In this document: piece after piece, positions 23,972 to 35,864 of the stretch | Layout of the letters: each line of letters opens with the position of its first letter | How positions within the stretch are numbered: position 1 is the first letter of the stretch | DNA from: Squalus acanthias | Lineage: Eukaryota | Assembly: GCA_030390025.1 (NCBI GenBank) | Contig: CM059432.1 | Span: 88,290,001 to 88,354,000, forward strand | Reading direction: 5' to 3' | DNA: 64,000 nucleotides | Notes under the pieces: generated by a model | Database searches by the model: none | Told to the model about the DNA's origin: nothing | What the model saw: only the letters and a program-made list of their open reading frames with translations | Position numbers and translations under genes: made by a program

Positions 23972-26277
23972 ACATAAGAACATAAGAAATAGGAGCAGGA
24001 GTAGGCCATTTTGGCCCCTCGAGCCTGCTCTGCCATTCAGTGAGATCATGGCTAATCTTCTACCTCATCTCCACTTTCCTGCACTATCCCCATATCCCTT
24101 GATTCCCTTAATATTCAAAAATCTATTGATCTTTGTCCTGAATATACTCAATGCCTGAGCCTCCACAGCCCTCTGGGGTAGAGAATTCCAAAGATTCACA
24201 ACCCTTTGAGTGAAGAAATTTCTTCTCATCTCAGTCCTAAATGGCCGACCCCTTATTCTGAGACTGGGACCCCTGGTTCTAGACTCCCCAGCCAGGGGAA
24301 ACATCCTCCCTGCATCTACGCTGTCAAGCCCTGTAAGAATTTTGTATGTTTCAATGAGATCACCTCTCATTCTTCTAAACGCTAGAGAATATAGGCCCAG
24401 TCTACTCAATATCTCCTCATAGGACAATCCCCCCATCCCAGGAATCAGTCTGGTGAACCTTTGTTGCACTCCCTCGATGGCAAGTATATTCTTCCTTAGG
24501 TAAGGAGACCAAAACTGTACACAATACTCCAGGTGTGGTCTCACCAGGACCCTATATAATTGCAGTGAGACGTCTTTACTCTTATACTCAAATCCTCTTG
24601 TAATAAAGGCCAACATACCATTTGATTTCCTAATTGCTTGCTGTATCCGCATGTTAACTTTCAGTGATTCGTGTACAAGGACAGTAAGAAATCGTGAATT
24701 GGAAGAAATAACTTGAGACAAAAAAGTCTCTTCAGACTGGTGTTACAATAACTGATAGACGCTTAGAATTTGCTTATGTTCTTGGTTCCCTGCGGATGTT
24801 ATAACATTCTGCACCGTGGCGGTAACCTTGTTTCCAGACTAGCTGCCTGCTGTTTGTGTGCTAGAAAGTTTGTTGACTGTATCTTTGGTTTGGCCAACCA
24901 AGGCCCAATGCCTATGTTTCTTCCATTATTGCTAATAACCATATTATAATGCTAAGTTAGGATTTTGACTTTGTTTAACAAAGCTGCTTTAAAATGTGTA
25001 AGTTAATTAAGTATAAGGATACAGAATAGAAGATATCTTTGGGAATTTAATGATACATTCCATAGTACAATAGTCTGATGAACAGCTTGAACATAAATAA
25101 CTGATAACAAGCAGCTATGAACATCTGAAGGCCGAGAATGGCATGTCTGACTCCAAACTGGGGAGGATAAGCACGGGAGAGAGAGTAGGAAATCGTTTGA
25201 AAGTATAAACAGGAAAGACATGTGAAGGGGAGGGTTTTCAACCAAAAGTTGAGACAAAGAACTCGACATACCATTGGGCACCTTGGTTTAGAAAGAGCCC
25301 TTACGGGTTAGATAGTCCTGTCCATAATCTACCCTAGGCCCATCCCTAAAAAGAGAATAAAAGAGATATCTAAAGAGCCTTTAACACAGATGATGAAGAG
25401 AAGAGCTGTTCGTGTACGCCAGCCGTCCGTCCGATCGGGACCGATACCAGCTGCTTGTCACGGTCGTATATCTATTATGTTTATCTTGATTGCGTGTTGT
25501 ACTTAACTTAAACTGCCGCTCCTTAATAAAGCAATCTATGACTCCTAAGACCCTTTGGGTAATCTGTGTGTGATCTGTGATCCAAATCTTACAGGACACC
25601 CAGGTCCCTCTGAACACCAACATTTCACAAACTCTCACCATTTAAAAAATACTCTGCTTTTATATTTTTCCTACCAAAGTGGATAACTTCACATTTCTCC
25701 ATATTATGTTCCATTTGCCATGTTCTTGCCCATTCACATAGCCTGTCTATATCCCCTTGAAGCCTCTTTACATCCTCCTCACAACTTACATTCCCACCCA
25801 GCTTTGTATCATCAGCAAACTTGGATATATTACATTTAGTCCACTCATCCAAATCATTGATATAGATTGTGGATAGCTGAGGCCCAAGCACTGATCCTTG
25901 CGGTACCCCACTAGTTACAGCCTGCCAACCCGAAAATGACCCGTTTATTCCTACTCTTTGTTTTCTGTCTGTTAACCAATCCTCAATACATGCTAATATA
26001 TTGCCCCCAATCCCATGAGCCCTAATTTTGTTTCATAACCTCTTGTGTGGCATCTTATTGAATGCCTTCTGAAAATCCAAATACACCACATCCACTGGTT
26101 CCCCCTTGTCTATTCTGCTAGTTACATTCTCAAAAAACTCTAACAGATTTATCAAACACGATTTCCTTTGCATGTTGACTCTGCCCAACCCTATTATTAT
26201 TTTCTAAGTGACCTGTTACCATGTCCTTAATAATAGATTCTAGATTTTCCCTACTTCTGATGTCTGGCTAACTGGTC
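23972..26277 (-). mobile_element. CR1 LINE 3' half, in Myb intron 1
   Basis: Minus ORFs SKFADDTKLGG, LYRVLVRPHLEYCVQFWSP, LWNSLP; tail ACATAAGAACATAAGA; split by an LTR. Confidence 0.93.
24683..25593 (+). mobile_element. Solo LTR, 911 bp (Gypsy- or ERV-type)
   Basis: Termini (A for T)GTAAGA...TCTTACA; 4-bp TSD GGAC (24679-24682, 25594-25597); TATAAA ~25204; AATAAA ~25525; removal restores the CR1. Confidence 0.85.
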
Positions 26278-27456
26278 ACCCCAACTCCCTCACTCTGCCT
26301 TCTCAAGCCTACTCCAGCACATCACTCCTCACACCAACTTACCTTACAGGTGCACCCATCCCTCTATGTGTATGCACTTACTCACATTCCCATTTATCCA
26401 TCCACCACTGACACTCACCCTCATCCTTATGCAATGTCATGCCTTTCCCTCACAGTCACCCTCAACAAATGCTCTCCATCCAGCAGGTAAACACATCCCA
26501 TTACTCACACTCATAGGTCTCTCATTTCCCTCCTTGCAGGAGAAGAGAGCACAGAACACCAGGGAGAGGCGGAGAACTGGAGACGGCCCTCTCGCCACCT
26601 CTCAATTAACATCTGCAGAGTAGGTGACACTGGAGGTCAGCAGAGTCTCGGCGTGCCTGGCCATTGGAGTTCGGTCCTGCCAGCTACCTGGTGACAGAAT
26701 TAAATATCAGGCAGCCACATGGCATACAACACTCAGTCATGTTGACTGTATGTCAACAGTGACTGAAACATGATCATGTGTATAATGATAACTTCCAGCA
26801 TTCTTACCTTCACGGTACTTATTCATGTGTTTTATCTCCCACAGGGCCTTCACACGCCCATCAGTAGGTGGTCGAGGTTGCCCACGACGATGACAACTCC
26901 TCAGAGGAGCTCATACCCGCTGAGGGTGCACCGTCACAGGACTCATGCAGACCATGCACCAGTTCAGATAATCACACTTCGGTGGGACTAGTTAGAGAGA
27001 TAGTTGGGTTTTCACATGGTTACTTGCACTTCAGAAGTGACCAAGAGCAGATGGTGGAGTCAGGGAGAGCAGTGGAGAACCTGCGTCAGAGGGCGCAGGA
27101 CTCTCCAAGCTCTGCTCAGCTGGATGCAGATGCTGTACCCCGGAGGCCGTTGATGAACACGATACTTCTTGTGCAGCAGCAGAGAATGTGCGATGTACTG
27201 ACAGGCATTCCAAGCATGCTGTGCACGATTGCAGTGAGATTGGAAGAGTCCATCTCAAGCATGAGTGACATGATGTCGCAGGCCTTTGCGATGATGTCTT
27301 CTTCCATGCATGAAGCATCAAACGCGGCAATCCAACGAGTGTATGCAAGCCTTCAACAATGGCTTGCACACTATGAATCCGACCTTAAATAGGATGAATG
27401 ATAATCTAGCCTTGGTCTTTCCTCGCCCCACTGATCTGTAGCAAAGTGGTCTCCAG

Positions 27457-28930
27457 TGTAGGTGGTGGTTTATGTCAGCTTCACCTCTGACTTCTGAGCG
27501 GTTCGAATCGCTGCCACTCCCTTGGTTCTAGACCTTGGACTTATTTGGGGGTTGTGACAAAAATTGCAGCAGACAACTTGATGCAAGAACTTTGATCTTT
27601 ATTCAAGAGAGTAAAACACAACACAAACACTCTTAACACTCTAAAAGTGGGGAACACTTCGGTACAAGCGAGGGAAATAACATTAGAAGAATACTTCACC
27701 CCTCCCAATCCCACTCTACTAGCTAGATTGGACTCCAGAGGACCAGGGATGATACTCACCAGAATCCTTGACAGTTAGGTTAGTTCGCGGTTTTGGGGTT
27801 CGCTCTATATGTTGGTTGGTGTCTGCCATACCCCATACGCGGTAGAGGACTTCAACTGCGTATCTGGTCAGTCTTCGCGAGTCCGCTGATGCGGTAGGGT
27901 GCGTATTGGATCTATCAGGTGAGTACCCACTTTTCTTTGGTTTAGAAGTAGGGTTTAGAGTTTTTAAGGGAAAATCTTACCCAGGGGTAAGTCAGGAGTA
28001 GATTGTAGAGTGGAAACTTTGCGGATCTTCGGGTTTTCTTCGAGTTGGTTTTCTTTGGTCGCGGTGGCCCAGTATTGGTACTTGATGTTTGGTTGGTTGT
28101 TTTCGTGAGGGCCTTGTTGCCGCGAGGTGTCCGATGGTCACTGAGGCGGTCGTTCTGGTTTCTTCACGTGTCGGCCTACTTTGTTGGATGGTCTGGCCTT
28201 CGAGCTGTCGACCACCTGCTGGACACGGAACGCTGAACGGTGGTGTTTTAGAATTGTGTTGCGGAGAATGCCTCCGTAGATGTCTTCTTGTTCTTCCTTC
28301 CTCTTCTTCTTTTTCAGGTTGAGAACGGGCCTGCAATTATACCCATTGAAGCTTCCTTATCTGCGCGCCAAATCAGATCCCAGTCTTTGTTAGATTTTGG
28401 CGGACTCGTTAACGGTAATTCGTTTGTTAAGGTGTGAAGTGGTTTCGGGATGGCCCCATCCTGTCGATTTGCTACTTAATCGTAGTTGACTGTCCTCATG
28501 TTTTGGGTTTCTTGACTGGGCCTAGGATTTCTATAGAGTAGGCCGAAGTAATCTGTTTTATGCATGTCTTTAATGGGCTCTGTAAATTTGGGTGGAGACT
28601 GTTTTTCCTCAGGTTTATTGTTAGGATGTTAATGTCTGATAGGGGCCGATTTAAACTCCCAGCGAGGTCATGCGGTTCCCCAGACAGTTTCCATTAGCTC
28701 CAATATCCAAACTGTCTTTGCAGAGGTTGAACCCACCTCCCTTCACAGCCTTTTCTCCCTTACAAGCCCAGACATGTTTTAAAAATACCAAATCTTGGTT
28801 TTTGCTCAAAATGTCCTTCGGTTAGGCACAATGCACTTCACCACCCTTAAATAGCTAGAAGAGTCCAAAGTCTTTTTCCTTAGGGTTTTTCTTAGAGTTT
28901 GGGGGATCTGTGAATTTTGAGAATCTTACA
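27457..28930 (-). mobile_element. Solo LTR, 1474 bp
   Basis: Termini TGTAGG...CTTACA; 4-bp TSD CCAG (27453-27456, 28931-28934); minus-strand AATAAA (TTTATT at 27598). Orientation is inferred from that signal. Confidence 0.8.
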
Positions 28931-29589
28931 CCAGCACATTGGCAGCAAGGAAGTGCGGCTAGGCCATGAGAGGGATGATGGTGAAATGGGACATGGAAGT
29001 GGGGACTTGGCTAAAAGCGCTTCCACTTCTCACCTGTTGCACCCACCCCACCCAGTCAGAGCCCCACATGCTGCCTCATGTCCCGATGGCCGAGTCTGCT
29101 CCTGCACAGATGCAGGTGGAGCAGTCTTTGGCGGTGCCCTCACGGGCTCCAAAACCCAGAGGACATCAGGCAACAACATCTCAACAGTCAGAGCAGGGAT
29201 CTGAGCAGCCTCCCTCTACCTCTGCTGAAGCCACAGGGGTTGCACTGTGTCGAAGTGCTAGGAAAAGGAAGAGTGAAGATTTGTAGTTGCACAAGAGTAT
29301 GAACATGGGTGTGTTGCACATTGTTAGATTAAGTTTCTATTGTCTATTTGAAGCACATAAATATTATTCTTTTGCACCACTTTCCCGTCTTGCCCATTCT
29401 TGTTTGTTGGCTGGCACGTGGCCTTTTCAGTTATGTGATGATGAATGGGAAGACATGAATTTATGGTGACTAATAGGATGCTGTGAAAGGGAGGCTTCGT
29501 TGTTTGCAGGACTGCTTTGCGTTAGTGGCATGGGGGTGGGGGGGAAAAGTGTCTTTTGTGTGTGGTTTTTAGATGGGTGCACTGGTGGA

Positions 29590-30763
29590 ACTTAGGTGAA
29601 CCTCGCAATAATGGTGCATTGCCCGCATCACCTTCCACTTCCTCATCTTCCTCCTCATCCTCGGATTCTGAAGAGGCTCTGTGCTCTGCGTCTTGTTCCT
29701 CCTGAAGGTCCAAACCTCATTGCTGCGCAATGTTGTGAAGAGCGCAGCACACCACGACCATTCAGGAGACCCTGGTTGGTGCGCACTGAAGAGCACCTCC
29801 AGATCTGTCCAGGCACCTGTAGCGCATCTTCAGCATGTCGATGGGTTGTTCAATGACACATCTGGTAGTCATATGGCATTCATTGTAGCACTCCTGAGCC
29901 TCGTTCCTCGGGTTTCTGAGAGGTGTCATCAGATACGTTTTAAGTGGGTATCCCTTGTCTCCGAGTAGCCAGCCGGTAACTCTGCTTCCAGATGCGAAGT
30001 GATCAGGGAGGGTGGACTGCCGCAGACGAAAGCATCATGCAGCTGCTCGGAAATCTTGCACACACCTGCATAAAGATCCTTTTTGTGGTTGCACACCTGC
30101 TGCACATCGATGGAGTGGAAGCCCTTGTGGTTGATGAACACTCCTGGGTGATCTGTGGGTCCCCTAATTACCACATGTGTGCAGTCAATGATGCCCTGCA
30201 CCTGTGGGAAGCCAGCAAGTGCCGCAAACCTGAGCGCCCGCTCATTCTGACTGGCATAATTGCAGGAAAAGTTGACATAATTGGTGGACCTGGCAAACAA
30301 GCCATCAGCCACCTGTCTTATGCATTTATGTACCGCTGACTGCGAGAACCTGCAAATGTCTCTGGCAGAGCCCTCAAAGTTTCTAGAGGCAAAAATGTTG
30401 AGGGTGGTGGTGACTTTGACAGCCACTGTGGCCACCAGGTCCAGCTGGCAGCAGGTCTGGTTCCAGCAGGCTGCAAATGTCTGCCACCATCTGATGTGAC
30501 ACCCTGAGCATCCTGAGACACTGGTGTTCAGACATGTCGAGGAAGCTCATCCTCTGCCTGTAGACCCTGTGTGCCGGGTATGGCCTTCTGCGATCTACAC
30601 TTCTCTGCTACTTCTCTCTCTCGTGTGGAGCTAGAGGTCTGTGAGCAGCCACCTATTGCTGGTCCTGCTGCTGCTGGTGGTGCTACTGGTGCTGCTGCTG
30701 CTGTTGCTGGTCATCTTTGTCCTCATCTGGGGTCCACTATAAGGCAGCATAAGTGGCACCCAT
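29590..30763 (-). pseudogene. Harbinger DDE transposase (DDE_Tnp_4, HARBI1-like) pseudogene
   Basis: [59 protein letters not shown] and CCALHN in shifting frames; several frameshifts and stops. Confidence 0.93.
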
Positions 30764-31270
30764 GCTGATCTGATAGATCTGAGCTCCAAAGTGCAGATCA
30801 GACCTCCAAACCTCCAAAGTGTATATGACACCTCCAAAGTGTTGAAAAAACCTCCAAAATGTGTAGGATAACCTCTCAGTACAAGTACTATGAACAAACC
30901 CTTTCCCACAAGCAGGTAATAAAGCAGCTGTGAGTATTGAGTACTTATTGGCATATTTCCCTGTCATGGCTTTAGTCCCCTCAATTGCCACTGTGTTCTC
31001 ACCTTGCTTTCACTGGCGAGTTGCAGGAAGCCCAGGAAACCCGTGCACCCACAGTTAAAATAGAAATCCCATGTCAGTATTGCTCTAATTGAGCGTTTAA
31101 CATACCTTAAGTGGCAACGCGCCTCTTCCGAGTGGCTTGCTCGCAAGCAGCCTAATGCAATGCAGTGAAATATGGAAGTCGGCAAGTTGGAGCTGGCTTC
31201 CCGAAACGCTGTCAATTTCACAAGTTTTAGCCCCCCACCCGCTCCCAAACCCACGCAGATTAAAATTCAG

Positions 31271-31382
31271 TTTGTTATCTCTGTTTCTCTCTCCACAGAT
31301 GCTACCTGACTTACTGAGTATTTCCAACATTTTCTGTTTTTATTTCAGATTTCCAGCATCTGCAGTATTTTGCTTTTGTTTT
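31271..31382. mobile_element. Penelope-type fold-back, right arm
   Basis: CTCTGTTTCTCTCTCCACAGATGCT...GAGTATTTCC...TTTCAGATTTCCAGCATCTGCAGTATTTTGC; inverse of 22179-22249. Confidence 0.8.
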
Positions 31383-31439
31383 AGATGCAATGACACACTA
31401 GATTTGCAGTAGATACAGGCTTAGTTCACAATATAAAAA

Positions 31440-32649
31440 ATAACAGTGACATTGCCATGTTAACTTGCAATGTAAACTGGATCTCGCAATCTCTATGGCG
31501 AAAACTTTAGGTTACTCAACGTGTAATTGAGTGTAGTGCTGTCAATAGGGGATTCCTAGTGCGATGCAGCTGTGACATCACCAAGCTGTTTAAGCAGCTA
31601 ATCACATTGAAGAATTCTCACAGACAGCAAACCAGGAAATGAAAAGCAATAGATTATCTGCACTTTTAAAAATGTTATGGAGGGCAAAATTAAGATTAGG
31701 ACATACACAGTAAGGTAGAAGCTGAAATTAATGAACAAACTTTAAAAAATATTTTTTGTAATCTAGTAATTTTTTATCATAATGGAGAAATTTGGCATTC
31801 CACAAATACAAAAATTAGTTTTTCAGGGCCATAACATTTGTTTAGCAGTCAATATGCTGTTAAAACCCCAGTTGCACCTATTCCAACAAGGCTTGACATT
31901 TAATGTCTATTTAAAGAAAGAAAGACTTGCATTTGTATAGCGCCTTTCATGACCACCGGACGTCTCAAAGCGCTTTACAGCCAATGAAGTATTTTTGAAG
32001 TGGAGTCACTGTTGTAATGTGGGAAACGCGGCAGCCAATTTGCACACAGCAAGCTCCCACAAACAACAATGTGATAATGACCAGATAAGTCTGTTTTAGT
32101 GATGTTGGTTGAGGGATAAATATTGGCCAGGACACCGGGGATAACTCCCCTGCTCTTCTTTGAAACAATGCCATGGGATCTTTTATGTCCACCTGAGAGA
32201 GCAGACGGGGCCTCGGTTTAACGTCTCATTCGAAAGACGGCACCTCCAACAGTGCAGCGCTCCCTCAGCACTGCACTGGAGTGTCAGCCTAGCTTTATGT
32301 GCTCAAGTCTTTGGAGTGGGACTTGAACCCACAACCTTCTGACTCAGAGGCGAGTGTGCTACCAACTGAGCCACAGCTGACACAAACATTAATGACGACA
32401 TTAGGGCAGAAAAGCTCAAGTTTTCGTCAGTTCCACTGACTTCACTGATTTTATGAATTGCTGGCTATGGGGGGGGGCGGGGGTCCACAGCACAGCCTGT
32501 GTCGGAGCAGTGAATGACTGATTGCAACTCCAGGATTTCCGTGTTTAGATGTGCATGTGCTAAATCCTGAAGTTACGGTCAGATTCAGAGGGGTAATGAC
32601 GGCGAATGCTGACAGTTCACTGTCATTACCTACCACAAAATCCAGGCCA
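31440..32649. mobile_element. Harbinger-type MITE, family D (split by a SINE)
   Basis: Reverse-complement similarity to 47680-48422; right end CAAAATCCAGGCC; left limit approximate. Confidence 0.7.
31914..32383 (-). mobile_element. Full-length tRNA-derived SINE (SacSINE1/DeuSINE-like)
   Basis: A box TGGCTCAGTTGG (32373-32362), B box GGTTCAAGTCC (32329-32319), central GTGCCGTCTTTCGAATGAGACGTTAAAC core, L2-like tail AAAGGCGCTATACAAAT plus (CTTT)n. Confidence 0.88.
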
Positions 32650-34228
32650 ATGTGTGTTCCTTAAACTTCAAAAAGAGCTGTCAAGTAAACATATATACAA
32701 ATAAATCCACAAGATGTTTGTATTTGAATTGAATGGCTTGGACACCTGACCAGACAATAACATATAGTTATGTGCCAGAATAAGCTGGCCCTTTCTGTGA
32801 CTGAACTAATTTTTAACCATATGTACTGTGATAGAAAGAAAAAGATTAGTACCATGATATATCAATAAAAAATGCTTCATTTTTGTCACTGCTCAGTCCT
32901 TTATCTTTTAACAAAGTAATTGTGGCATATTAAATGTGGTAAGCAACAAGCACCAAGTACACTTCCAGCACAAAGGATCTGATACTGCTGTTGACCTGGG
33001 CACTTGGACAGCACACATCATTTCACACATTCCTTTCCATCATATTTCCCTTCTCTATTTGCTTGTTGGAGGATATTTCAAATAACGAGAGGCAGCACGT
33101 GCAGACAAGAGGGGATCACCAAAGCAGCGATTCTTTACTTTTTATAAGTAGAGGGCCCTGGAGATTCTAAGTGTAGAAGTAATAGAAGGAGTGGGAGGAT
33201 GCTTCCATCCAACTCCTGACTAATATCTTTTGCTTTTAATTTCTTATCCCTTTATTTGTTAATTGATTTCTTCTCTCACACAGGAGATATTGCAACATTG
33301 CAGAAGCATAACTTCACTGCAATTTCTTGCCATTGGAAATGATGTTTCATGGGGTGTTTTACTACCAGCATTCTAAAACGTGTTCTTCTTCTGTTTCTCT
33401 AGATACCCAAGGAGATAAGGTGGCAGAGCCCAACATAGAGCCTTGATTAACACCTTACAACACCCTTGGTCGCCCACTACCAAACTGGCAAACACCAGTA
33501 CCGATATATCCACTGTGTGGGGAGCAGTTAGTGTGTTGCAGGAAAGAGCACTCCGTGAAGCACAGGTATAAGTGAAGAGGAGCAAGTGCAGGTAAAATTG
33601 CAGGAGACGCAAACCCACTCAAAGGTTCAAGCTTCTGACCTCTGGGATCCAGCCTGTCAGGGTCTGCATACAAATGCACCATGGTAACACAATATAGCGT
33701 ATCCTGCAGCAATTTGAGAGTATGCTGAGTAGCCTGTATAGTTTGAGGCGCCTCTGGAAGATTCCACAAGCCACATCTGTGCAGTGCTGCAAGACCACCT
33801 GACCAAGCTGCAGACCGCCATGGAGAGCGTGATCACTCCAGCGCACTCTGCAGTGGATCCTCCCATGTGAATTGCTTTGACTGGGTCTTTCGAGACCTTG
33901 GGCTCCAATAGGCTGTCTTGTCTGGATTAACAGATTCCAGTACTAATCCAGCACAAGGAGGTACTGGAGCGTCCTATTATCCTTAGAGGCAGATGTGGAC
34001 ACCCACCATGCATCCATCTCACTGCCTGTTCCCACTGGAGGATCACATAGAAAGAGTGCACGGTTATCCTGCACCACCCAGGAAACTGTTACGACGCTTT
34101 CATGTTATGCCAGCCCTCATGACTCAAAGCCATTTATCAGGATGGTTGATTATGATCCAGGTCATCACCTGCAGTCAGGACTTTTGACTCGATTTAGGTT
34201 TCCGCAGACAGAGGGGAACAACAGCTAT

Positions 34229-35864
34229 CGGGGGTGGTTTTTAACTTACGACCACCTGTTTTCCGCTAGAAAGATGGGTGCTAGGCTTACTAATTTTGGG
34301 TGGGGATCTCGCTCACCCGATATCTGCTGGAAGTGCACCCAACGCCATTTTGAATTTGGCACATTTTAGTTGTCCATGACGCCCACCCGAAACTGGCATA
34401 CGCCTAATAAGTATATGTAAATGAAGGTCCTGTGCCAGTTTAAGGACCCTACCTCCATTTTCAACTTCCTCATCACTGCACTAGAGTTAGCTACTCTAAA
34501 ACCCACCCATAAATCCTGGGTAGAAACAATCAGGAGGGATGGTGTACCAGCGTTATTTAAAGGATCTTCAGTTGCAGTTAGGTAAGTAGGTAGTTAGTCA
34601 TTTTAAATTGCTAGTGGGCTTTTGTGCCAATGTTTGGCTATGTTGACTACAAAATTTGGGGCAAGTTATTCTTTGGAGCTGGGAGAGAATTTCTGCCCGG
34701 GGGTTTTGGCATAAACTTCCTCTGCCAACATGGGTGTGCCGCTCAGTCTGCACACTGGGGTGTACATGCACAGGAAGGAACGTGGAGAATCATGAAGAAC
34801 ATAAGGAAACAGAGAATGCCAAGGAAGAGAAAGGCTCCTCAATCCTGCCAGCTGTAAGAGCTCTTTGGCAGAAAGTCATGGGGAACACTTCAGCTGAGTC
34901 ATCCTGATTCCCCTGCACCAACAGTCCTTCCCAACATCAGTGCCGGTCCTTCCACACTTCTTGGGACTGCACTCAACCCAAGCACCAACATGGGTACCTC
35001 TATAAAATCAAAGTACCTCCTTCAGCTTCCACTTGCACACTCAGCACCTGCTCCTACGCTCACAATTACTGCATTCTCTTCCCCATACCTGCTAATTCTT
35101 CACCATACCTGCTAATTCTTTCCCTCACCACACATACTATGCTAAACTGTCACACACATGTTTACAACCCTTCAACAGGCTAAGCAATAAGCCACTCCCA
35201 CTTTTCTTGTAGGACAAGCTGCTGCATAACAGAAGGTAACCGACTTGCACCAGAGGAGGGCCACCATCTATCCAAGTCATCATGCCCTGTAAAACAGGTG
35301 CAACAAGGGACAATTTTAGGGATCAACATCACGCGCTCCTAAGATGCCTGAAAGACATCTGACCTGATATTGGGTCAGACAATATTTCAGGCATCCCTAG
35401 TGGCCACCTAAAACAGTCGTTAAGTCCCTTACATATGTAACTGAGGAGCCGAACGCATGTTTTAGGCCTCCTTGAAGAAAAAGGATTGCGATGAGTGGAG
35501 CAGGTGCCGGGCCTACTCCACTCAGGTTTCTTCAGCAGCTGCCAACACAAAAAAATGTTTTAATTAAAAAATTTCAAAAAACTTTGCTGTGGAGCCAAGA
35601 GGAGCAGGCATGCTCCTCCCATTCCACAATACTCAGCCCCTCCCCTGTTGCCGCTCCACCCATCTAGGATTTACCTAAGGACCGTGGGCAGCAAGGCATG
35701 CGGCCTGACATTCATCCACTTCAAATTGGCAATCTTCCTGTGGAAACGCAACAGGTGCTGGCAGCTCGCCCAATTAATGCAAATCAGGCCCGAGGCCCAC
35801 TTTCAGGTTGACTGCGTGCCATTGATTATGCATCCCAAAACGGGCCATAACCAATTTATACCCC
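34229..35864. mobile_element. Decayed Harbinger derivative
   Basis: G-rich and C-rich ends, TTTAAAGG...AGGTAAGT leader, and a Myb exon-2-like remnant TTGTAG|GACAAGCTGCTGCATAACAGAAGG...GGAGGGCCA at ~35210. Confidence 0.55.

Larger units (their letters stand above)
22461..29286 (+). pseudogene. Harbinger Myb/SANT-like protein pseudogene, three exons
   Basis: Exon 1 22461-22660 plus 23868-23931 (FTDASLDVLL...RREILF...KA*LEVAQEVSSRSVVPRSWIQCRKRFNDL) then GTGAG. Exon 2 26540-~26690 (EKRAQNTRERRRTGDGP). Exon 3 from 26845, split by an LTR, ending ATGVALCRSARKRKSEDL*. In-frame stops present. Confidence 0.88.
22250..31270. mobile_element. Full-architecture PIF/Harbinger transposon (decayed, with five nested insertions)
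   Basis: Imperfect TIRs GGGCTGGATTTTAAT / ATTAAAATTCAG (terminal CCC missing); convergent Myb/SANT (+) and DDE transposase (-) genes. Confidence 0.9.

Noticed and set aside
29590..30763. Domesticated HARBI1 host gene
   Set aside because: It has multiple frameshifts and stops and lies inside TIRs with a convergent Myb pseudogene, so it is a decayed transposon.
32305..32383. tRNA gene
   Set aside because: The A/B boxes are the head of a SINE that continues into a core and L2-like tail; the same holds at ~53320-53385.
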